DNA from: a virus
DNA: 64,000 nt
Reading direction: 5' to 3' (one strand)
IMG/VR virus record: IMGVR_UViG_3300003886_000001
Coordinates: 32,001 to 96,000 of that record
Part shown: piece by piece, positions 44,808 to 52,589 of the stretch
How positions within the stretch are numbered: the stretch's first letter is position 1
How the letters are laid out: the number at the start of each line of letters is the position of its first letter
Translations under genes and position numbers: made by a program
The notes under the pieces: model-generated
What the model was told of the DNA's origin: nothing
Databases searched by the model: none
What the model saw: only the letters and a program-made list of their open reading frames with translations

Positions 44808-45068
44808 TTACTTCCACCTCAGTATTGGGTGTTCTCCACGGTCTTGAGCCTTCTCCAAGCGTTCCTGGAAGTCATATTCTTCTTCCGTTATGGACAGCGG
44901 GGCTAGCAAGATGATTCTTCCGCCCCTTAATGGGATATCTTCCAACCTAGTATAAACTCGGTGGTCCATGAACACACACTCCGTCCTTAGGAGTCTCCTG
45001 CGCTTCACAGTGCGGACCAGATACAGTATCCCTCTATTCTCATTGTGGACGTGCTGTACTATTACCAT
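44808..45068 (-). CDS. small paralog family 2 member
   Basis: IVQ..LYLVRT..DIP..LAPLSITEEEY. Confidence 0.6.
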   Translation of the reverse strand: MVIVQHVHNENRGILYLVRTVKRRRLLRTECVFMDHRVYTRLEDIPLRGGRIILLAPLSITEEEYDFQERLEKAQDRGEHPILRWK

Positions 45069-45334
45069 TTTTCCATCTTGGACAATAGACTCTTGAGGAC
45101 GGGGTTGCGGTTGGACTCCAATTCGTTTTCCAAGTCGGAGTATTCATTCCACGTTACACGGTAGCTTGGAAGCTCGATGAAGTCTGTTTGGGGGAACCGA
45201 TAAAACACCTCCTCAAGGGTCCGGCACAAGTAACGCTTTGCTGCCGGGATATTCTCCACAGTGTCTGCTTCTAGGACCAGGTAGAGCCGTTGGGTCTGCT
45301 CACCTTCATAGAAAAGACATTGTATCAGTCTCAT
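45062..45334 (-). CDS. small paralog family 2 member
   Basis: LIQ..LYLVL..IELPSYRVTWNEY. Confidence 0.6.
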   Translation of the reverse strand: MRLIQCLFYEGEQTQRLYLVLEADTVENIPAAKRYLCRTLEEVFYRFPQTDFIELPSYRVTWNEYSDLENELESNRNPVLKSLLSKMEKW

Positions 45335-45566
45335 ACCGTATCCCCCTTCCATGTTGGGCGATTATCCGTAGGAACCGGCCCGAAGCTACCGTTAGTGGCG
45401 GCAGGGTTATTTTTTCGGCGGTCGGGTAGGCTCTTTCAACATCTTCCAGCATCTTGAACAGTCTAACCCTCGCCTTGTCCACCCCGATAATGCCAACGCC
45501 GGGTACTGTGACATACACGGTCCGGTCGCCTCTGATTGTGTCCAGCCTCTGTACGAGACAGTACAT
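45306..45566 (-). CDS. small paralog family 2 member
   Basis: LVQ..VYVTV..ITLPPLTV. Confidence 0.55.
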   Translation of the reverse strand: MYCLVQRLDTIRGDRTVYVTVPGVGIIGVDKARVRLFKMLEDVERAYPTAEKITLPPLTVASGRFLRIIAQHGRGIRYETDTMSFL

Positions 45567-46058
45567 TATGACCCGAGGAAGCCGTGCCGCATGGCGATGC
45601 GCTTCTCTATCATGCGCAGTTTCGCTTGGCGGTGCGGGTCATGCTTGGGCACTCGCGCCCGCAATTGCCACAATTCGGTTTCCGTCAAGATGGCTACCAG
45701 TTTACTCCACCGGTCAAATTCGGATTCTTTACGCATGGCGCAGGTCCTCGTAGTCCGCGTCCGTAAGGAAGACGTCCGCCGTAAGGTCATAGTAGCAGTG
45801 TTCGCCGGTTGACGGTGTCCAGCCGTACAGTACGCGGTGTCCATTGACGGTCATAATCGGTTCTCCTTGTGAGGGGCGCCAGTCTGTTTCCATACTTCAA
45901 AATATCACATAAAGGGCCGGCTGTCAAGAGCCGGCCACTAATCGGTGTACTATCACCTATGTGCCCCCTGCTAGTGTATGCACGTCGTCCGCTACGCATA
46001 GCCTGTGATATGTCCAGCCGGTTGTGTCTCGGTGGTCAAATTCTCAGGCCAGAGAACG

Positions 46059-46307
46059 TCATTCGTACGCTAAGGCCAATTCTGGCCTAGGCGTTGTCCA
46101 GGGCCGTACCACGTCGCGTCTAGTCTCCGCGTGACAGCACTTGCACTCCCGCCAATGTACCAATTCATAGTCAATTACCCCATCGAAGTCTGGCCATTTT
46201 TCGACCTGGTTAATCGCATTTTCCGTTGTGTCTGCAATAATGGGCACGTTGGTATACCCTTCTCCGCTCATCCACAGATTCCCGATAATCGTTGCACGGT
46301 ACATCAT
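46059..46307 (-). CDS. hypothetical protein
   Basis: ORF. Confidence 0.5.
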   Translation of the reverse strand: MMYRATIIGNLWMSGEGYTNVPIIADTTENAINQVEKWPDFDGVIDYELVHWRECKCCHAETRRDVVRPWTTPRPELALAYE

Positions 46308-46457
46308 CCACGCCCTTTCTTAGTCACACAACGCTTCATAGTCTGCCCAGTCTTCACACTCTGCTTCCGAGTCGTAGGTGTCCGGGATAAACTCGTCACT
46401 TTGGCGTTCCGTAAGAAAGTCATCCATAAAGTAGTCTACCCCTTCCCGTCCACGCTG

Positions 46458-46688
46458 TCAACTATCGTCCCATGCATGGGATAGCTGAATCAGATATTCT
46501 GGCTCTACTACATGCAACGGCTGCAATTCTACGATATCGTATCCGCCGGCTTTGGTCGGCAAGTCCGCCACGTTGTATTGTACGGTGCCCTTATCCTTCC
46601 GCAAGTCCTCGAACGAGTCTCCGGTCCTCACTAGATACAAGAATTCGGAGTCTGTCGTCCAGATAGTCTGTACAAGCGCTAGCTTCAT
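46458..46688 (-). CDS. small paralog family 2 member
   Basis: LVQ..LYLVRT..DLP..VELQPLHVVEPEY. Confidence 0.6.
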   Translation of the reverse strand: MKLALVQTIWTTDSEFLYLVRTGDSFEDLRKDKGTVQYNVADLPTKAGGYDIVELQPLHVVEPEYLIQLSHAWDDS

Positions 46689-46690
46689 TT

Positions 46691-47032
46691 TTACTCCTCC
46701 GCGTACTTGCTACGGTCAAGCGTACGGTGGGCGTCACCGTGCCGGTTAATCCATACCGTGCGGACCAGCCTATCCTCGGGGTTAATGACAAGTACCAAGT
46801 CCTGCTTGCCCTGGTATGGCTGCCGGTAGACCGCTTTGACTACTTTCTGCCCTTCTACTTCCGCTTCGACCAGGACAGCCTTCCGGCTGTCAAACACTGC
46901 CGGCAGGTCAATATGGCCGTACTGGTCGGTAGTTGCAGCCTGTCGCGCATGGGCGCTGTAGCGCAACAGTGCCGAAAATTGCAGGTTACGGGCCGGGGCC
47001 GGGAAGAAAACGTCTTTGTGATAAAGGGCCAT
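46691..47032 (-). CDS. conserved-looking phage protein, possible RelE/BECR-fold RNase
   Basis: LRYSAHA N-terminal and VRTVW C-terminal pattern; leaderless after TTGACA-16-TATAAT. Confidence 0.6.
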   Translation of the reverse strand: MALYHKDVFFPAPARNLQFSALLRYSAHARQAATTDQYGHIDLPAVFDSRKAVLVEAEVEGQKVVKAVYRQPYQGKQDLVLVINPEDRLVRTVWINRHGDAHRTLDRSKYAEE

Positions 47033-47037
47033 AACTG

Positions 47038-47065
47038 ATTATAGCACTCTGACAGCCAGTGTCAA
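47038..47065 (-). promoter_or_regulatory. sigma70-type promoter (leaderless)
   Basis: TTGACA-16-TATAAT, ATG 5 nt downstream. Confidence 0.75.
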
Positions 47066-47373
47066 GTCCGCATAATCGTGACCGGCATACCCTCCCGGTA
47101 TCGCCGGCTCATTCTGTACAAGTAAGATGGAGTCCCGGAGTACGACTAAGCGTGTCTTGCCATACCGCCCCATGATGCTCTTTGCTAGGGATTCATGGAG
47201 TATCACGTCATACTCGATGCACGCTTACCACTACGTAGCCCAGGCCCTTTGCTAGTGCCGCGATGGACTCTACATTCCATTCTTTACCGCGACACATAAG
47301 CATGGCGTACTTTCCATTCTTCTCCACCTTGACAGCGTATGCCATGCCCCTCCCGACCGGAATTGTGAAAACT

Positions 47374-47691
47374 TTATCGAGCGTATCCCCACAGGGTAAG
47401 ATGTTCTTTCAGCACAGGCCCTACTCTGGACGACAGGGTAGAGTCGTCGGGCAAGGTAGAAAACTCCCAGTCTGTGCCACCTACAGCTTCTAAGGCTTTG
47501 GCCAAGGCTCGCGCCTTCTTTTCACTTGGGATGTTGTCTATGATGCGGCGACCGGACGCGCAGTGACTAATTTCCCATCCACGAATACCGCTTAAATTGT
47601 GATGGACTGCTAGGTGTTCGGTCAACACGGCTTCTATTTCTTCCGGTTTCCTCTTGCCACCGTACATCGGCCGGAAAGTCCCGGTTACCAT
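47374..47691 (-). CDS. hypothetical protein
   Basis: ORF. Confidence 0.55.
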   Translation of the reverse strand: MVTGTFRPMYGGKRKPEEIEAVLTEHLAVHHNLSGIRGWEISHCASGRRIIDNIPSEKKARALAKALEAVGGTDWEFSTLPDDSTLSSRVGPVLKEHLTLWGYAR

Positions 47692-47861
47692 CCCGCGTCC
47701 TTGAGCGCACGCTTGGCGGCTGTCACAGGGCGAGTGTGCGACGCGTAGTCGTCCGCGTACAGGTAGTCCGGCAGGTCCTCGGCTGCGAGGCCGGCAATGC
47801 TTTCCATCGCGTCATTCACTTGTTTCATCCATTGTTTATAGGTCATTTTCTTGGAATCCAT
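47685..47861 (-). CDS. 58-aa protein (W..V..D.PD..Y family)
   Basis: MDSKKMTYKQWMKQVNDAMESIAGLAAEDLPDYLY...; leaderless. Confidence 0.65.
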   Translation of the reverse strand: MDSKKMTYKQWMKQVNDAMESIAGLAAEDLPDYLYADDYASHTRPVTAAKRALKDAGW

Positions 47862-47940
47862 ACCAGACTATACCTGGCCCTTCTATGAGAATCATTAGAA
47901 AAGACGCCCCTTGTGTAAGGGGCGCCTGTCTTGTGTGCGG

Positions 47941-48303
47941 TTACTTGACGGTTATCCGAACGGTGGCGTCGGCCGTGAACGGAAGCGTGGCCTGTACGTC
48001 CGCCGGCAGTTTCTTGATACCGGCAGCCTTGACGGTGAAGATGTCGGACGGATTCAACTTGAGCGCCCGCTGGACGCCCAACACTTCGCGCACGCGGTAC
48101 AGGCGACGTTCAACTTCGGTGAGGGTCACGGTGTGACCGTTTGCGGTGTACTTGCCGCCCACGTCCCACCGCGCCTTCGCTTCGACCTTGAGAACGTTTG
48201 CGGCAGTCTTGGCGGCCGCTTCGGCGGCGACAGACTCGGCAAGGGCGTCGATAAGCTGCTCATCCGTGAGGTTCTTGAGTGCTTCCATATCTGAAAATAT
48301 CAT
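47941..48303 (-). CDS. hypothetical protein (likely start ATG 48288)
   Basis: High-GC coding pattern; own promoter and terminator. Confidence 0.65.
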   Translation of the reverse strand: MIFSDMEALKNLTDEQLIDALAESVAAEAAAKTAANVLKVEAKARWDVGGKYTANGHTVTLTEVERRLYRVREVLGVQRALKLNPSDIFTVKAAGIKKLPADVQATLPFTADATVRITVK

Positions 48304-48378
48304 AAATCGGGCCGTGATGCAAGGGGGTAGGGCCTTAATCTGTTTCTCATGTTATTCTCATGCTAGATAGTTTTCACG

Positions 48379-48409
48379 AAAGAAAAAGACGGGCCATAAC
48401 GGCCCGTCT
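48379..48409 (-). terminator. intrinsic terminator
   Basis: AGACGGGCC/GGCCCGTCT stem with a T-run on the - strand. Confidence 0.75.
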
Positions 48410-48637
48410 GCTTAGGCTTAGGCTTAGACTCGCCCTGCCGGGTACGCCGCCATGTACTCCACGTCTACCGCTGAGCAGAGAATCGGGCTAGTGCCACGGC
48501 GAATAGTGGCCTTGAGAAGCCGGGCCAGCCGACAGGCGACGGGCCACGCCGCGCCGGAAGCGGGGCCGTAGAAGCACACACGCGGACGAGAACCGCGCGT
48601 TATGATAGTTTCGTACCCGAGGATATAGACTCTGTAG

Positions 48638-48790
48638 TCACGCATTCTCTGTCCTCCGCGCTGCTTCTATGGGCGTCATGCCCGCCTGGTATTCTTGCCA
48701 GTAGGGGAACGCCCCGAAGGCTTGGACCGTGAATCCCGTATGTTCGACCAGCGCTTCATTCACTTTCTGAATCCACCGTTCGAATCCCAT
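48638..48790 (-). CDS. 50-aa protein (W..V..G..P.EAA family)
   Basis: MGFERWIQKVNEALVEHTG...GMTPIEAARR; leaderless after TTGCTA-17-TACCGT. Confidence 0.6.
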   Translation of the reverse strand: MGFERWIQKVNEALVEHTGFTVQAFGAFPYWQEYQAGMTPIEAARRTENA

Positions 48791-48887
48791 ATCTGACGGT
48801 ATCATAAATCCGGCCGGTTAGCAAGTCCCTAACCTTAATCATATTCTCATCATAGAAAAGGGCGGGTAATTAGCCCGCCCCTTAGTC

Positions 48888-49385
48888 TCAGAATCGCTTC
48901 GCGCATACAGGGCCGATACCTGCTTCAATCGAAACCGGGTCGGTGAGCGTGCGGCCACAGATACCGCATACTCCTAATTCGTGGCCGTAGCGCGCGGCTG
49001 CTACCTTAGGGTCGGCCAGAACGCTTTTCAGCACGTCGCAGTAGGCGCCGGCGTAGAATCGCTTCGGAGTCTGTGCCCCAAGTTTGCGGTAGTCGTCGGA
49101 AGTCTGTGCTTTGACGAATATCCACCCGGCCCACCGTCCGCGGTCGACCTTGTCCACCTTGAGGAACCGCATGATGCCCTGAGAATCCGGCGCGGCATAA
49201 TGCCCGCTTGGAATACCTGACAGGTCAATGGTAGGGGCGGTTACCCGCAGCGTGAACAGGCGCTTAATCTCACGGGAAGCATCCGAGACACTAGGACTGT
49301 TCCCGAGGAAGGCGCGGGCGGAGCCTTGACAAGAACGCTCGCCGGCCAGCTTCATAATGAACGATACCTGCTTAGTCGTTGCCAT
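48888..49385 (-). CDS. DUF6011-like zinc-binding protein
   Basis: CGICGRTLTDPVSIEAGIGPVCAKRF. Confidence 0.8.
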   Translation of the reverse strand: MATTKQVSFIMKLAGERSCQGSARAFLGNSPSVSDASREIKRLFTLRVTAPTIDLSGIPSGHYAAPDSQGIMRFLKVDKVDRGRWAGWIFVKAQTSDDYRKLGAQTPKRFYAGAYCDVLKSVLADPKVAAARYGHELGVCGICGRTLTDPVSIEAGIGPVCAKRF

Positions 49386-49391
49386 ACAGGT

Positions 49392-49420
49392 AACGTATCA
49401 CGTGGGACGCCGTCCGTCAA
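49392..49420 (-). promoter_or_regulatory. sigma70-type promoter (leaderless)
   Basis: TTGACG-17-TACGTT, ATG 6 nt downstream. Confidence 0.7.
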
Positions 49421-49441
49421 GAGCCTGCACCTTAATCATTC

Positions 49442-49940
49442 TCTCATGTTCTACTCACTAATCTTTCTCTCATACTAAGGCCATACATCCACATATACAT
49501 AGCTTAATCCTCTCATAAAGACAGGTTATTCCACATCTACCTCTCATGTACACAGTATTTTCTCATGATTCTTTCATGATTCTTTCATAATGTACTCATA
49601 CTCGATGATTAACATGAGAAGATGAGAGCTTTTTCACATTTAGAGCTTATTTTTCTCTCATATTCTCATCTGCGGCCCGTCTTTTTCTCATGATAATTTG
49701 GTGATAATGCATATTACCTTCATGTTTCACATACTTCTGGCCCATATTATCATCAGAATCTCATGAGACTCTCATATATCCCTAGTTTCTCTAATTCTTC
49801 TCTCATACTTTCCTCATCTTAGACTCACGTACTTAGTATACTCTCATGTAAATGGTTATATTCTCATGTTTCACATGAAATTATCATCGTTTTCTCATAA
49901 CCCCTGGGGTTTGAAAGCAAATCGGAGTCCCTGTTCTCAT
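49442..49940. repeat. dense TCTCAT hexamer array
   Basis: About 15 forward and 3 reverse copies counted by eye in ~500 bp of non-coding DNA. Confidence 0.9.
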
Positions 49941-50004
49941 AATCGGCCGCCCTCCCCCTTTATCACCCCTAGGGGTATTTTTCAAACAAAACGGACTAAG
50001 CCCT

Positions 50005-50250
50005 CTATAAAAACCCCAAATTTAAAAATAAATAAACTTTTAGAAAAAAGGGAGTTAATAACCAACTATAAAAACCCCAAATTTAAAAATAAATAAAATC
50101 TGGGGAAGACACCTAAAAACTCAAGTTTAAAAATCTGGGAAGGAAACCCCCAAATCTAGGAAGATTCTGGAAAGAAAAAATAAAATCTAGGGAGGAAAAT
50201 TGTCTGGGGATAGAAATTCTGTAGAGATAATCTGGGAAGGAAACCTAATA
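50005..50250 (+). repeat. AT-rich repeats: 32-bp direct repeat x2 plus AWTCTRG(G)-type motifs
   Basis: CTATAAAAACCCCAAATTTAAAAATAAATAAA at 50005 and 50066; repeated ATCTGGGAAG-like units. Confidence 0.85.
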
Positions 50251-50308
50251 ATGAAAAACATGGTGAGTAAAAAATCATAAAATGAAAATCCCCCTTTCGG
50301 GGGAATTG

Positions 50309-50560
50309 TTAGAACTTGTTTTCCTCATCATCGTGGCAGCGATGCCAACGAGGTAATCTAAACCCATGATAGGTCTTCGGATGGAGAGCATCATAATACT
50401 CATTGGCTAGTTGTCTAATATCTGTAGCATAATTTTGCAGTAGAATTAGGTCATAGGCAGTCATATCCTCCATGTCGAACTTCGTATTTCTCAATTTAAA
50501 TTCAGTTAATGTACCCCGTATACTAGATAATGCAGTTGCTAGTTCTTCAGCTTTTATCAT
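50309..50560 (-). CDS. helical protein (paralog of 50573..50800)
   Basis: EYYDALHPKTYHGFRLP. Confidence 0.65.
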   Translation of the reverse strand: MIKAEELATALSSIRGTLTEFKLRNTKFDMEDMTAYDLILLQNYATDIRQLANEYYDALHPKTYHGFRLPRWHRCHDDEENKF

Positions 50561-50572
50561 TGACTTTCCTTT

Positions 50573-50800
50573 CTAATCATGAAAACTAGGTAGTCTAAAA
50601 TGGTGATAATTGTCCGGATGTAGTCCATCATAATATTCGTGTATCAATCCCTTAGTCTCTGTTGAAATATTTTGTAGTACAATTAAACCTTCAGCACCAA
50701 TATCCTCTAAATCAAAATGGGTATTACCTCTATTCTTTAGGTCTTGAAGTTGTGTTTTTATGTTTAGTAGAACGGTAAATATTTCTTCATATTTTATCAT
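50573..50800 (-). CDS. helical protein (paralog of 50309..50560)
   Basis: EYYDGLHPDNYHHFRLP. Confidence 0.65.
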   Translation of the reverse strand: MIKYEEIFTVLLNIKTQLQDLKNRGNTHFDLEDIGAEGLIVLQNISTETKGLIHEYYDGLHPDNYHHFRLPSFHD

Positions 50801-50933
50801 TGATTATCCTTTCTAACTTGTTGGATGAGGGCTTCAAAAAATGAAACTAAAAAGTCTACGTCGTCTTCATCCACATCTTTGAGTTTGATGTTTATGTCCT
50901 TTAGGGCGGCCAATAAATCCTCCTTTATCATGT

Positions 50934-51155
50934 CTAAACAGCCGTTTGTTCTTCATCCACGGGGGAGAAGTTATCGGGCTGTAATAGCTCTGATTGTATT
51001 TCTTCAAGGGATGAGATTATGTAACTTACCTCTTCGCGGAGACTAGAAAATTCTTTTATAGTCATTGCTACTTCTAGGTATTCTACTATGGATATATCAG
51101 CTATAAGCTCTGTTATAGCGTCCAATTTTGCTTCTAGAGTTTTGAAGTTATACAT
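50934..51155 (-). CDS. helical hypothetical protein
   Basis: Coupled ORF. Confidence 0.5.
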   Translation of the reverse strand: MYNFKTLEAKLDAITELIADISIVEYLEVAMTIKEFSSLREEVSYIISSLEEIQSELLQPDNFSPVDEEQTAV

Positions 51156-51469
51156 TTTTTAGTCAACACCTCATGCATTTCTTGTACCTTGTCTGCTAAC
51201 CTTGGGTACTGAGCCGGGGATAAATGCTTCATGGCCTTTAGTGTACTGTCCAGTTGCTGGTTTACGGATTCTAGGTATAAAAGTTTATCTATATTACCTA
51301 GGATGTCTTTTACATAGTAGTGAACATCGTACGCCTCTGTTTGTAAAGTCACGAGGTCTGCCTCTGGCAAGTCTGGTATGACAATCTCCTGTAACACTTT
51401 TGTTGCCGACTCTAGTTTTTTCTGTATTTCAGTTTTATCGGACATGTAAGCGGACATTGTGTCAGACAT
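51134..51469 (-). CDS. helical hypothetical protein
   Basis: Coupled ORF. Confidence 0.55.
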   Translation of the reverse strand: MSDTMSAYMSDKTEIQKKLESATKVLQEIVIPDLPEADLVTLQTEAYDVHYYVKDILGNIDKLLYLESVNQQLDSTLKAMKHLSPAQYPRLADKVQEMHEVLTKKCITSKL

Positions 51470-51630
51470 TTTCTTTAAGTCCTAAATAAAAGTTGTCTAT
51501 AATTTCTTTAAGTTTTTCTACTCTTGCTAAAAGGCCCGGATTACTTTGTACCTGAGCGTTACCTAAATCCTTTAGAGCAGTTTCGGCGAATGTTAATTTT
51601 GCGCTTATCGTTGCATAATCGTAATGCATT

Positions 51631-51918
51631 TTAGTCCTTTCTAACTCTGTCGAGAAATGCAGAATAAGCTACTTCTAAGGCTTTTCCGAGGCTAGGGGTA
51701 AGCGTAGCACTATATTCAAGTATTTCATCTAAATCCCCAATGTCTACACAATCCCTTTGAAACTCTTCCGGGCTAATAAGGATGTTGTCTTGGATTACCC
51801 ACATGGGTCCTTCAACGTAGCTGCCATCCGGATTATTAGCCTTATCAATTATGCGGCGGTCACCTTCGGATAGATATTCTCCATGTAGGTAACTACTACC
51901 ACATCTAATTAATCTCAT
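51631..51918 (-). CDS. hypothetical protein
   Basis: ORF. Confidence 0.55.
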   Translation of the reverse strand: MRLIRCGSSYLHGEYLSEGDRRIIDKANNPDGSYVEGPMWVIQDNILISPEEFQRDCVDIGDLDEILEYSATLTPSLGKALEVAYSAFLDRVRKD

Positions 51919-52057
51919 ATTTTCCCTTCAGTTAATGCTTTGGTGGTGAACACTCTTATTTTACCGGTTTTTTCTCTCATTCTTACAATATCGTCAAAGT
52001 CACCCTCTAACTCCCAATCCAATATGTCTAAGAATAGCGTCTAGGGTGTTTTCTAGT

Positions 52058-52381
52058 TTAGTAGTGAAGTCGGACATATCTACCCGTAAAATAATTAACG
52101 GCCTCAAAGCTACAATAGACGGTCAGGCTGGTAAACGAGTCTCCGTTGAGCATATAAAGAAATACATTCTTAGGGTCACGGGTTAGGTAGACTGTACCCT
52201 CTAGGTATAGATTGTTAGTGCAGGTAGCGTCTATTGTCACACGTTGCGGAATATTTACACTAACTCCATAAAGTTCAATTGCACTACTTCCTATGACATC
52301 ATAAGAATTGGCAACCGGTTGAACGATAACGGTGCATCCTCCCAAAATGAAGATGCCTAATATAAAGACCAGCTTCCACAT
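52058..52381 (-). CDS. putative lipoprotein
   Basis: MWK + hydrophobic stretch + LGGC lipobox. Confidence 0.65.
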   Translation of the reverse strand: MWKLVFILGIFILGGCTVIVQPVANSYDVIGSSAIELYGVSVNIPQRVTIDATCTNNLYLEGTVYLTRDPKNVFLYMLNGDSFTSLTVYCSFEAVNYFTGRYVRLHY

Positions 52382-52589
52382 ATCCCCTCCTTTCAGGTAG
52401 TATATGATATGTGGAGATTAGAATGATGAGAATTAGTCAGACTCTTTAGCGTATAATAGCTCTACAAGCCTGTGCTCCACTATCTTTTCGAACTCTATCG
52501 CTTCTTCGTCTTCCTCAGGAATTGTATCTATTTCTTCTGACATAGTTTTCGCTCCTACTTAGTATAGCACACTTAAAGAGAGACATAAA

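Noticed and set aside
49442-50250. CRISPR array in the repeat region
   Set aside because: Short motifs at irregular spacing; no constant repeat-spacer period.
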